A stretch of 64,000 nucleotides of DNA from a bacterium (GCA_021781215.1 JAJXXC010000002.1:147371-211370), one strand, 5' to 3'. Positions 41,399-49,578 are shown, counted from the stretch's first letter. Translations and numbers: made by a program. Notes: generated by a model not told the origin, from the sequence alone.

Positions 41399-42718
41399 AT
41401 GGACAAATCTTTAACCTCAAGACTGGTTAGTATAACTAAAATAGTTGTATTAATAATTTTACTACTAATGCCGTTCCATGAGTTTCTGACTACTTGGCTG
41501 GCTAGTAATTTTGGTCATATCTATTTATTTAGAATTTGGAAAGAGATAGTTTTATTACTAATTAGTCCGATAATTATTTATCTAGCATTAACTAACAAGA
41601 ATCTAAAAAAGTGGTTATTAAAAGATAAATTGATTCGGTTAATTCTACTATTCACAGTTATAGCGATTATATTAGGCATAGTCGGATATTATCAGAAACG
41701 AGTTAATCTGTCGGCTCTAGCGGTAGGGGCAATAATTGATCTTAGACTGTTTTTAATATTTTTGTTTAGCCTAGTCATCACTTACTACAGCGACTTCTTT
41801 AAGAAATACTGGAAACAAATATTGATTTATCCAGCCTTAGCAGTAATAGCTTTCGGTATTGCTCAGTTATTTCTACCGATAGATTTTTTGAGACATTTTG
41901 GTTACGGCCCAAATACTATTCCAGCCCTTCAGACCGTTGATCAGCAGCTAGGCTTGCACCGTATCCAATCTACGCTTCGTGGCGCTAATCCGTTTGGTAC
42001 CTACTTGATACTAATTGCTCCAATATTCATTTTCTTTAGCACTAGGGATCGAATAGTCAGGATAGTCTCTAGTTTAATCTCACTAATTGCTATGTTTTTC
42101 ACCTATTCAAGAAGTGCCTATATTGGTCTAGCAATTACTATCGGAATAATCTTCTACTATTTAAAATTTGAGAATAACCCATTCTTCATTAAATATAAAA
42201 AAGTGGTCTATTATTTGATCATTGGGGTAGTGATATTGGCTATTGCTGGCCTTCTAGCTTTTCGCAATAATCCAACTTTCGATAATATCTTTTTCCATAC
42301 TAATAAGTACTCTAAAGCCAGTACCTCATCCAATAGCGTCAGGCTATCTGATTTAAAGACTAATTCTATGAATATGATTGACCATCCTCTGGGCCAGGGA
42401 CTTGGTGTTGCCGGTCCGGCATCGGTGCACAATAACCACCCAACGATGATTGCTGAGAATTTCTATATTCAAATTGGTCAAGAGACCGGTTTGTTGGGGC
42501 TAATTATCTTCCTAGCAATTAACATCATTGTGGGCTATAGATTATTCGTACAAAGGCGAGACCCATTGTCACTATTCTTGCTGGCGAGTTTAGTTGGCAT
42601 CTCGGCAGTCAACATGGTTTCGCATGCTTGGGCGGATGATACCTTGAGTCTAATGTGGTGGGCGCTTGCCGGTGTGGCGCTTAGCCCTAAATTAGCTAAG
42701 ATCAAGGCTAATCAATGA
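41399..42718 (+). CDS. O-antigen ligase / Wzy_C-family polytopic membrane protein
   Basis: 439 aa with about 11 predicted TM. Central FTYSRSAYIGLAITIG followed by an extracytoplasmic loop, typical of the Wzy_C (WaaL/PglL/WsaB) family. Confidence 0.7.
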   Translation: MDKSLTSRLVSITKIVVLIILLLMPFHEFLTTWLASNFGHIYLFRIWKEIVLLLISPIIIYLALTNKNLKKWLLKDKLIRLILLFTVIAIILGIVGYYQKRVNLSALAVGAIIDLRLFLIFLFSLVITYYSDFFKKYWKQILIYPALAVIAFGIAQLFLPIDFLRHFGYGPNTIPALQTVDQQLGLHRIQSTLRGANPFGTYLILIAPIFIFFSTRDRIVRIVSSLISLIAMFFTYSRSAYIGLAITIGIIFYYLKFENNPFFIKYKKVVYYLIIGVVILAIAGLLAFRNNPTFDNIFFHTNKYSKASTSSNSVRLSDLKTNSMNMIDHPLGQGLGVAGPASVHNNHPTMIAENFYIQIGQETGLLGLIIFLAINIIVGYRLFVQRRDPLSLFLLASLVGISAVNMVSHAWADDTLSLMWWALAGVALSPKLAKIKANQ

Positions 42719-43179
42719 AAACCTGGGCAAAAATCCAGCTCAAGATACGAGAAGGCGAGAAGAAGAGCTATAAGCAGGTGATTAATTATCTAATAGGCGG
42801 CGGTTTATATTTTATTACCGGATACCTAACTTTTTATTTGCTATATCATTTTCTGAATTGGACACTATTTTATGCCACGATTATTTCTAACGTTGTTGGC
42901 TGGACAGTTAATTATTTTATCAACCGATTCTGGGTATTCGAGCACCCTTCGTTGAAAAAAAACGCATTAAAAATTTCTACCAAATATACCATTTTGACAT
43001 TAGCCGATTTTTTAATTAGTTATTTAATTCTTAAAGGACTCAAAGCTATAGGGATTAGTCCGTATATTGGCCAATTTATCTCAGCCATTGGCTTTTTTAC
43101 TATTTGGAATTATTACTGGTATAAACTCTGGGTATTTAAAGTGCCATCAGGTAAGCTAAAATCAAATATAATTATATAG
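42715..43179 (+). CDS. GtrA-family membrane protein
   Basis: 154 aa. INYLIGGGLYFITGYL and WNYYWYKLWVF hallmarks. ATGA overlap with the upstream gene. Confidence 0.75.
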   Translation: MKTWAKIQLKIREGEKKSYKQVINYLIGGGLYFITGYLTFYLLYHFLNWTLFYATIISNVVGWTVNYFINRFWVFEHPSLKKNALKISTKYTILTLADFLISYLILKGLKAIGISPYIGQFISAIGFFTIWNYYWYKLWVFKVPSGKLKSNIII

Positions 43180-43182
43180 ACT

Positions 43183-43212
43183 ATGGTAGAGGTCATTCAG
43201 CCAACTAAAAAC
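43183..43212 (+). repeat. Ghost copy of the 5' end of the lexA-like gene (direct repeat, left copy)
   Basis: AGACTATGGTAGAGGTCATTCAGCCAACTAAAAAC versus AGACTATGACAGAAATCATTCAGCCAACTAAAAAAC at 44466..44501. Exact 19-nt core TCATTCAGCCAACTAAAAA at 43193..43211 and 44481..44499. The ghost reads MVEVIQPTKNIKNRYFLK then stop. Confidence 0.85.
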
Positions 43213-43241
43213 ATAAAAAACCGATATTTCTTAAAGTAGAC

Positions 43242-43271
43242 TTTACAAATTATCGGGATATTTTGTATAAT
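43242..43271 (+). promoter_or_regulatory. Sigma-70-type promoter of the ATPase gene
   Basis: TTTACA (43242..43247), 18-nt spacer, TATAAT (43266..43271), then 9 nt to ATG 43281. Confidence 0.55.
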
Positions 43272-43280
43272 ATAGATATT

Positions 43281-44450
43281 ATGTATATACACAGAGACGT
43301 AGAAGATCAGCTAAAAAATTTCTTAAAAGATGATAAAATCGTTATTTTATTAGGTGCTAGGCAAGTAGGCAAGACGACCATGCTAGAACCTTTTATACAA
43401 AACGCTAAAGGTTTGTTACTCAATTGTGATATAACCGTTGATAAAAATAGGCTGATGGCTGCGAGCACCCTAGCGCCAGATGAGGCTATGAAATTTCTTG
43501 GTAGTCCATCATTAATTGTTATTGATGAAGCACAGAATTTGCCTGATATTGGTAGAATCGTAAAAGGTTGGTACGATGCTCATGTTGCTACTAAAATTGT
43601 CTTACTTGGATCATCTAGCCTTGATTTATTAGACCTTACAGCCGAACCATTAACTGGTCGAAATGAGAAACAGTATCTAACCCCACTTTTGTTCTCGGAA
43701 ATTCTCAAGAGCCAGGCTTGGTATTCACTTCATATAACTCAGAATATGTTAAAAGAGCAGTTTAATAGCCAGATTCAAACCTTATTACTCCAGCAAATGG
43801 TTTTTGGTTCATATCCGGCTACTGTCACCTCTGGTGATAAAGAAAAATATCTGCTAAATTTGACCTCAGATTATCTTTTAAAAGATGTCCTCCAGGGTGG
43901 ACTCGTAAAATCTCCGGAACCTGTTAAGCGATTACTTGAGGCTTTAGCACACCAGTCTGGGGGTGAGGTGGTTATCGATGAGTTACAAAAAATGTTACGA
44001 ATATCTAGACAAACTATAGAGAGCTATTTAGATTTATTGGAGCGTTCTTATGTCATTTTTCGGGTTAGAGCCTTTAGTACAAATCAACGAAAAGAGATCG
44101 CGAAGACTTCAAAAATATTTTTCTGGGATACGGGAATAAGAAATGCCTTGCTGAAGGAATTCTCTATTTCTCCCTCACGCAGTGATATAGGCTTACTATT
44201 TGAAAATTGGGTAATTGCTGAAATCGCAAAACAAAACCTAATGTCGGGTAATAGAAATACATTGTATTTTTGGCGTAAAATTGAAGGCAGTGAGGTTGAT
44301 CTCATAGTTAAGGGGACTAATACATTTAAAGCCTATGAATTTAAGTGGTCAAAACAGAATCCAACGTTTGGGTCTAAAAGCTTTACCAATACATACGATA
44401 TCCCGGTCGAAATTATCACAAAGGATACGGTCATCGATCTGTTAATCTAA
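43281..44450 (+). CDS. AAA+ ATPase, AAA_14 + DUF4143 architecture
   Basis: The track start TTG 43263 lies inside the -10 box; ATG at 43281 (MYIHRDVEDQ..) is more likely. Walker A GARQVGKTT and Walker B LIVIDEAQ. C-terminal ..FENWVIAEI...EVDLIV region typical of DUF4143. Confidence 0.8.
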   Translation: MYIHRDVEDQLKNFLKDDKIVILLGARQVGKTTMLEPFIQNAKGLLLNCDITVDKNRLMAASTLAPDEAMKFLGSPSLIVIDEAQNLPDIGRIVKGWYDAHVATKIVLLGSSSLDLLDLTAEPLTGRNEKQYLTPLLFSEILKSQAWYSLHITQNMLKEQFNSQIQTLLLQQMVFGSYPATVTSGDKEKYLLNLTSDYLLKDVLQGGLVKSPEPVKRLLEALAHQSGGEVVIDELQKMLRISRQTIESYLDLLERSYVIFRVRAFSTNQRKEIAKTSKIFFWDTGIRNALLKEFSISPSRSDIGLLFENWVIAEIAKQNLMSGNRNTLYFWRKIEGSEVDLIVKGTNTFKAYEFKWSKQNPTFGSKSFTNTYDIPVEIITKDTVIDLLI

Positions 44451-44470
44451 AATATAAGGATAATAAGACT

Positions 44471-44926
44471 ATGACAGAAATCATTCAGCCAACTAAAAAA
44501 CAAAGAGAGCTACTGTCGTTTATTGAAGGGTTCATTGAGGCGCATGGCTATAGCCCAAGTTATCGCGAAATTATGGCTGGGTTGAATTATACGTCCGTGG
44601 CTACAGTTTCATTGCATATTAATAATTTAATTAATCGAGGCCATTTAGCTAAGCGAGATCGATCTGCTAGATCGCTATACCTAATAAAACCAAGCCTAAA
44701 GATCAGTGGCGTTAAGACTAATCAGATTAAACCAGAAGAAGAGAAATGGTTAGTTAAAAAAGTCGAATATTATTTTGAAAAAGTCGAAGCGGCGTCAGTA
44801 ATTGAATCTAGCTATCTTGATGAGCTATATGTTTTAGTCGGTGCCCTAAATGTCTTGGGTCTGATTGGTGCCGCTCAGAGTTTTATGCCAAGGTTAACCG
44901 AGCTCAAGGCTAGACGAGATCTGTAG
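44471..44926 (+). CDS. LexA-type winged-helix DNA-binding protein lacking the S24 peptidase domain
   Basis: 151 aa. PTKKQRELLSFIEGFIEAHGYSPSYREIMAGLNYTSVATVSLHINNLINRGHLAKRD matches the LexA N-terminal DNA-binding domain. The C-terminal 70 aa have no Ser/Lys dyad motifs. Confidence 0.65.
   Translation: MTEIIQPTKKQRELLSFIEGFIEAHGYSPSYREIMAGLNYTSVATVSLHINNLINRGHLAKRDRSARSLYLIKPSLKISGVKTNQIKPEEEKWLVKKVEYYFEKVEAASVIESSYLDELYVLVGALNVLGLIGAAQSFMPRLTELKARRDL
44904..44921 (+). repeat. 18-bp exact direct repeat, left copy (3' end of the lexA-like gene)
   Basis: TCAAGGCTAGACGAGATC, identical to 45692..45709. The two copies bracket one TA operon. Confidence 0.9.
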
Positions 44927-44952
44927 CTGATGCCTGATTTAATTTCTGGAGT

Positions 44953-45216
44953 TTATCTATAAAGCTGGCTGTGTGTACCGCAAGCAACAAACCAAGCTAC
45001 GGTTTCATTATCAGTAAGCTCAAAATGAGCTCGCCAGTCACCCCCAAAAGCTATAGAACGATAACCTTTCCATTCACCTGTCAGCGGGTGATTATATAAG
45101 TCAGGATGTTTCGGTTGGTTTTGAAATAGCTTGATTGCTTCTTCTAGTCGCTTTTTTTGTGCTGGTTTTAAACTAACTGCTTGCTTAATGAAATCCTTGT
45201 GAAGCTTGATGATCAT
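44953..45216 (-). CDS. Type II toxin, RelE/YafQ-family mRNA interferase
   Basis: 87 aa. NHPLTGEWKGYRSIAFGGDWRAHF......GTHSQLY fits the RelE/YafQ pattern. 4-nt overlap with the upstream antitoxin. Confidence 0.8.
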   Translation of the reverse strand: MIIKLHKDFIKQAVSLKPAQKKRLEEAIKLFQNQPKHPDLYNHPLTGEWKGYRSIAFGGDWRAHFELTDNETVAWFVACGTHSQLYR

Positions 45217-45491
45217 TGCAAGTTTTTAAAGAAATCATCTAGTTCGGCTTCATTATTAATAGTAGTGTAGTTACGACCCGCTTTACGATCCGCCAAGGCC
45301 TCACGCATAATCTTTTCGAGGTAAGGAGTAGGTTCAAGCGTAGGTGATAGTACTACGCGGCCTTCTTTAACTGCTTGCTTTAAGACAACAGTAACAAATG
45401 CGCTGACGGATAGGCCAACAGAATTAGCGAATTCGGTAATATCTTTTTTTGTCCTATCATCAGTCCTAATACTTAGTAATGCGTTGCTCAT
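45213..45491 (-). CDS. Type II antitoxin, RelB/DinJ-family ribbon-helix-helix
   Basis: Start taken at ATG 45491 (MSNALLSIRTDDRTKKDITEFANSVGLSVSAFV..), 9 nt downstream of a consensus promoter. The track start at 45512 would lie inside that promoter. Confidence 0.75.
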   Translation of the reverse strand: MSNALLSIRTDDRTKKDITEFANSVGLSVSAFVTVVLKQAVKEGRVVLSPTLEPTPYLEKIMREALADRKAGRNYTTINNEAELDDFFKNLQ

Positions 45492-45500
45492 AATGATTAC

Positions 45501-45530
45501 ATTGTATAGCAATTGTCATCTATATGTCAA
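45501..45530 (-). promoter_or_regulatory. Promoter of dinJ-yafQ-like operon 1
   Basis: The minus strand reads TTGACA, 18 nt, TACAAT, then 9 nt to the ATG. Flanked upstream by the 9-bp-arm palindrome ATGCATTTT/AAAATGCAT (45532..45555). Confidence 0.55.
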
Positions 45531-45691
45531 TATGCATTTTCGTATTAAAATGCATGACGGTAATGCTTATAGTAAATCATATGTATAGGTTATTATCACA
45601 AATCGAGTAGCCATAGTCACGGTGTTATTACTTATTCTTATTTCGCCTTAATGATCCTAGTAGTTGCCGTGGAATACTTTAGGGATTGAAT

Positions 45692-45709
45692 TCAAGGCTA
45701 GACGAGATC
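45692..45709 (+). repeat. 18-bp exact direct repeat, right copy
   Basis: TCAAGGCTAGACGAGATC, identical to 44904..44921. Confidence 0.9.
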
Positions 45710-45771
45710 CGTTGGTATTTAACTTGTGCCGTAGAATTTGCCGAAAAAGACTATGGGCGTGAAAATTTTCC

Positions 45772-45800
45772 TCGACTAAGTCTAACTCACGCATTATAAT
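45772..45800 (+). promoter_or_regulatory. Candidate promoter of the phd-like gene
   Basis: TCGACT, 17 nt, TATAAT (45795..45800), then 7 nt to ATG 45808. Confidence 0.45.
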
Positions 45801-45807
45801 CGAATCC

Positions 45808-46062
45808 ATGAATAAAGTTATTACTATCCATGAGGCTAAGACCAATCTATCGAAGTATATAAAACAAGCTAGAACCGGTGAGCCAGTTTATATCGGTGGA
45901 TACGGAATACAAGAAGTGGTTCTTGTGGCTGCAAAACCCAAGAATAGTGTTATTAAATTTGGCACCGCGCAGAGTAAAATACAATACATTAACAGCACAC
46001 TAGAAGGAGCTGACCCAGATATACGGCAAATGTTTTACGAGGAAAGCCAGGCCTTAAATTGA
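45808..46062 (+). CDS. Type II antitoxin, Phd/YefM family
   Basis: 84 aa. MNKVITIHEAKTNLSKYIKQARTGEPVYI is the typical Phd/YefM N-terminus. Confidence 0.8.
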   Translation: MNKVITIHEAKTNLSKYIKQARTGEPVYIGGYGIQEVVLVAAKPKNSVIKFGTAQSKIQYINSTLEGADPDIRQMFYEESQALN

Positions 46063-46145
46063 ACCCTTTATTAGACACCAATGCTCTTGTCTAGATACTC
46101 GCATGGGCACATATAGAAAACTCGAACTTATTAATTTCAGATTAA
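46059..46145 (+). pseudogene. Decayed PIN-domain (VapC-like) toxin remnant
   Basis: TTG overlaps the phd stop (ATTGA). Reads LNPLLDTNALV, then stop (TAG 46092..46094), then ILAWAHIENSNLLISD, then stop. LLDTNAL is the first acidic PIN motif. Only about 28 codons remain. Confidence 0.45.
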
Positions 46146-46206
46146 ACACTTTTAAACTTAGGTCTTACCTATGTCATGAATGCTTTGATATTTTCATTAT
46201 CAATAT

Positions 46207-46235
46207 TTGACATATTCATACAAAATCTATACAAT
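46207..46235 (+). promoter_or_regulatory. Promoter of the RHH-PIN operon
   Basis: TTGACA (46207..46212), 17 nt, TACAAT (46230..46235). Followed by a 26-nt leader with AGGAGA Shine-Dalgarno before ATG 46262. Confidence 0.55.
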
Positions 46236-46261
46236 ATACCCATAATATACTAGGAGAAGAA

Positions 46262-46489
46262 ATGGCTACAAAAACTCTCAATATTGCACTAGACGAAGAC
46301 TTGTTAAAAAAGATCGACGTTGCGGTTAAGAGTGACTTTGGAAATCGAAGTGAATATTTCCGTCGTCTGGCATTATCTGATCTTGAGCGTCGAAATCGTT
46401 GGTCTCAACTTTTCACCGCTGGCCATGAAGTTGGCAAGAACATGGGTATTACTAGCGAACGGCAAGTGTATGATATCCTGAACAAATAA
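46262..46489 (+). CDS. Ribbon-helix-helix (CopG-like) antitoxin
   Basis: 75 aa. KTLNIALDEDLLKKIDVAVKSDFGNRSEYFRRLALSDL is an RHH fold pattern. Immediately upstream of the PIN gene. Confidence 0.75.
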   Translation: MATKTLNIALDEDLLKKIDVAVKSDFGNRSEYFRRLALSDLERRNRWSQLFTAGHEVGKNMGITSERQVYDILNK

Positions 46490-46490
46490 T

Positions 46491-46934
46491 ATGGCAATCG
46501 ATAAAAATATTCGAGTTGTTATCGACAGTAACGTCTGGATATCTGGTTTAATTTTCGGAGGCCAACCAGAAAAAATCATTAAACATTTTTTAGATGGTAA
46601 TTTTTTGGTGATAGTTAGCGCAGAACTATTGAGTGAATTAAGACGAAAAGTAATCGAAAAATTTCCATTATTCACATCAAGCCTAGAGTCGCTTGATGCC
46701 TCCATACTCAATGATGCAATAGTCGTAAGGCTTGGCAGCCAAACTATTAATATTAGTCGTGATCCAGATGACAATAAGGTTATTGAGACCGCTGTTATGG
46801 GGCGCTGTGATTATATAATTAGCGGCGACAAGGATCTTCTAGTAATCGGCTCCTATAAAAATATTAATATTGTTAACCCAACAGATTTTCTTAAAATCAT
46901 TAATAGAAACTATTCTATTACCGACAAGGAGTAG
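46491..46934 (+). CDS. PIN-domain toxin (PIN_3 / TIGR00305-type)
   Basis: 147 aa. VVIDSNVWISGLIFGG...SAELLSEL...SRDPDDNKVIETAVMGRCDYIISGDKDLL matches the family consensus closely. Confidence 0.85.
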   Translation: MAIDKNIRVVIDSNVWISGLIFGGQPEKIIKHFLDGNFLVIVSAELLSELRRKVIEKFPLFTSSLESLDASILNDAIVVRLGSQTINISRDPDDNKVIETAVMGRCDYIISGDKDLLVIGSYKNINIVNPTDFLKIINRNYSITDKE

Positions 46935-48607
46935 TGATTTTTGATATAGTCAACGTGTTTTTGCTGATACTTAGTAAATTCGCTTTTCTTCAGAGCGCTA
47001 TTTTTAATAAAAGCTCCAATATTTTCATTACCAATATAGTGAGGCATAACTACGTAACTAGCCCCAAGTTCATAAAGTTCAGTAGCTTGCTGGACGTTTT
47101 CGGCGTGAACTATGACAATCGATTTTGGATTAATCTTATTAATTAATTTAACCAAAAAGACATTGGCGTTATTGTCGGTAATCATTGAAACAACTAGCTT
47201 AGCTTTTTCGATACCAATTTCATCCAGCAATTCAACATCAGTCGCATCCCCAAAGATTGAGTTCATATGTTGGTGGTCCATTTGCTCAATTACCTCCGGG
47301 TCATAATCTATGACTACAAATTTCTTATTTAACTCCTGAAACAGCCTAATAAATTCTTGGCCACCTTTTTTATAACCAAATAAGACAAGATCATATTGAC
47401 GGCTAGATAGAGGCTTCTCTCTTTTTCTAGTTCCATGTTCTAGTAATCCTAACGGTTTTTTAAACAGGTTATAAAAAAAGTTTGAATAGTTGATGCTGTA
47501 GGTAGATATGGTAATGGTTAGCAGGGCTGCAATGGTTATGACATTGACTACATTGTCTGGGACTATGCCACTAGCATTACCAAGCAGAATTAATACAAGA
47601 GAAAATTCACTAATCTGTCCTAAGGTAGCGGCCGCTTTAAAACTAGTTTGTCTGGTGTATCCAGATAGAGACAAAATTAACATTACAATAAATGGCTTTA
47701 GGATTAGTACAATTAAACCGCTCAGAAGTAGTAGTTTTAAGTTTGATCCGAAGCCCGTCAAGCTTAAACGACTGCCTAGGGAAATAAAGAATACGATAAT
47801 AAAGAAGTCTCGCAGCGGTTTTAGCCTTGAACTTATTTCTTGAACGAAAGGTAGCCCGGCCAGTGAAAAACCGGCTAACAGGGCACCGATCTCAAGCGAG
47901 AAACCAATTGCTTGAAAAAGAGCAGCCCAGCCAAATCCCCAACCAATAGCGAATAAGAATAAAAATTCTTGATTGCTGGATATAAATTTATGTAGTTTCG
48001 GTATAATCCTAAACCCTATTAATAGTAGGGTTGTTGCTACAACTAATCCCTTTAGCGCTAACCAACCAAGACTAGATAGGGCAATATGCTGGTGACTACC
48101 CTGAGAAGCCACAAACAATAGGGCGATTGCGGCAATGATGTCTTGAGTAATTAAGATACCAATTACTATTTTGCCATATAGCCGATTTTGCTCTTTTTTA
48201 TCAGTCAATAGCTTTAAGATAATAATGGTGCTACTAAACGATAAGGCTACTCCTAAGAAAACTGATTGTTTAAAGTCTAGCCCCACGAATCTGCCTACCA
48301 GCCAACCGGCGACTGATATCAAAAGCACTTCAACTGAACCGACCAGCCCGGCAATTCTGCCGACTTCTTTAATAACTTTTGGATTTAAACCTAGGCCAAT
48401 AATAAACAGTAGTAGAGCAATACCAATGTTAGAAAATGTTTGAATAGTACTAGCTGACTTAAGGATATGCAGCGCGAATGGTCCGACTATTACGCCGGTT
48501 AGAATGTAGCCAATGATTAGGGGCTGTCGGAATAGTCTCATAATTAAAGCCATTAGTGAGGCTATAACTATGATGATACTTAGGGCGGTAAAGACACTTT
48601 CTTGCAT
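46910..48607 (-). CDS. Cation:proton antiporter (Kef/CPA2 type) with C-terminal TrkA-N/RCK domain
   Basis: 565 aa with about 12 TM. The soluble C-terminus LVLFGYKKGGQEF...VIDYDPEV is a Rossmann-like RCK domain. The 3' end overlaps the PIN gene by 25 nt (convergent). Confidence 0.85.
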   Translation of the reverse strand: MQESVFTALSIIIVIASLMALIMRLFRQPLIIGYILTGVIVGPFALHILKSASTIQTFSNIGIALLLFIIGLGLNPKVIKEVGRIAGLVGSVEVLLISVAGWLVGRFVGLDFKQSVFLGVALSFSSTIIILKLLTDKKEQNRLYGKIVIGILITQDIIAAIALLFVASQGSHQHIALSSLGWLALKGLVVATTLLLIGFRIIPKLHKFISSNQEFLFLFAIGWGFGWAALFQAIGFSLEIGALLAGFSLAGLPFVQEISSRLKPLRDFFIIVFFISLGSRLSLTGFGSNLKLLLLSGLIVLILKPFIVMLILSLSGYTRQTSFKAAATLGQISEFSLVLILLGNASGIVPDNVVNVITIAALLTITISTYSINYSNFFYNLFKKPLGLLEHGTRKREKPLSSRQYDLVLFGYKKGGQEFIRLFQELNKKFVVIDYDPEVIEQMDHQHMNSIFGDATDVELLDEIGIEKAKLVVSMITDNNANVFLVKLINKINPKSIVIVHAENVQQATELYELGASYVVMPHYIGNENIGAFIKNSALKKSEFTKYQQKHVDYIKNHYSLSVIE

Positions 48608-49008
48608 TTCTATTTTTAGTTTATGTGGATCATTTTATGTTAGTTAATGGATTATTCAAAAACCTATTGACTTAAATATAACGCTTATGTCAGAATATTA
48701 CTACTTCAAAAAATAAAGGGCTAAAACTCTTTAGAAGACAAAAATTTCAAAATAAAAAAATCGTCAATATTTTTGTGGTGGAAATATGACGAGTGCAATG
48801 GGAGAGATACAAAGTAATATGCCAATTGAAATAAAAATAATAGCTTCAAGGAGCAAAAAAGTGGAAGTCAAAATAAAAAAACAATACTGGCAAAGGTTTC
48901 TAACTTACTAATACTGTAATTATCGTTGATGCTTTACAAGTAGAACGAATATTACGGTGAGTGTGATTCACTGTAATATTGACATTATAGTGAATTGTCA
49001 CAGCACCT

Positions 49009-49269
49009 TTATTTGTATAATTGAGAGTGTTTTCCGACAGCAACAAATCTAGCCGTATCTTTATCTTGCTGGATGTAGTGCGCTCTCCAGTCACCGCCAA
49101 AAGCAATTGAACGGTGATTTTTCCATTCACCTGATAGTGGGTGATTATATAAATTTGGATTAGTCGGATCGTTTCGGAATATTATAATAATTTCTTCAAA
49201 TCGTCTTTTTTGCGTAATCGGTAGTTTAGAGTATTGTTTGATAAACTGTTTATGAAAAACAGTTTTCAT
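49009..49269 (-). CDS. Type II toxin, RelE/YafQ family (paralog of 44953..45216)
   Basis: 86 aa. NHPLSGEWKNHRSIAFGGDWRAHY......GKHSQLY. Roughly half the residues are identical to the first copy by eye. Confidence 0.8.
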   Translation of the reverse strand: MKTVFHKQFIKQYSKLPITQKRRFEEIIIIFRNDPTNPNLYNHPLSGEWKNHRSIAFGGDWRAHYIQQDKDTARFVAVGKHSQLYK

Positions 49270-49541
49270 AATGACCGTAAATATCCTAGCGTTTCTTCAT
49301 CGGTATCAGTTGATACTAGCTCTTTACTTATTCTATAGTCAGATTCAGCCTCTTTAATTATAGATTTAAGATAGGGGGTAGGTGTGAGATTGGTATTGAA
49401 TTCGACTTTTCCAGTCCTAAGTATCTGTTTTATTTGAGCATTTAATAAAGATGAAACCGGTAGACCAATTTGCTGGGCAAAGTTTTTAATCTGCTCTTTG
49501 GTTTCAGGATCAGTCTTGATGTTTAGTATAGCTGTGTTCAT
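49266..49541 (-). CDS. Type II antitoxin, RelB/DinJ family (paralog of 45213..45491)
   Basis: 91 aa. MNTAILNIKTDPETKEQIKNFAQQIGLPVSSLL. 4-nt overlap with the toxin gene. Confidence 0.75.
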   Translation of the reverse strand: MNTAILNIKTDPETKEQIKNFAQQIGLPVSSLLNAQIKQILRTGKVEFNTNLTPTPYLKSIIKEAESDYRISKELVSTDTDEETLGYLRSL

Positions 49542-49548
49542 AGTATAG

Positions 49549-49578
49549 ATTATATGACTATTGTGTATATATTGTCAA
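49549..49578 (-). promoter_or_regulatory. Consensus promoter of dinJ-yafQ-like operon 2
   Basis: The minus strand reads TTGACA, 18 nt, TATAAT, then 7 nt to ATG 49541 (apparently leaderless). Confidence 0.6.

Noticed and set aside
45657-45845. 62-aa minus-strand ORF between TA pair 1 and phd
   Set aside because: It overlaps the phd start and promoter and the right copy of the 18-bp repeat, and has no motif. The region is better read as cassette junction plus promoter.
48786-48911. 41-aa Lys-rich ORF (MTSAMGEIQSNMPIEIKIIASRSKKVEVKIKKQYWQRFLTY) in the 400-bp gap after the Kef gene
   Set aside because: It is too short and low-complexity to support. It has only a weak GGTGG upstream and no recognisable family.
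48967-48994. Imperfect palindrome TTCACTGTAAT-ATTGAC-ATTATAGTGAA just 3' of the second yafQ-like gene, as a terminator
   Set aside because: It has one mismatch and an AT-only stem, and no U-tract on the relevant (minus) strand. It could equally be chance in AT-rich DNA.
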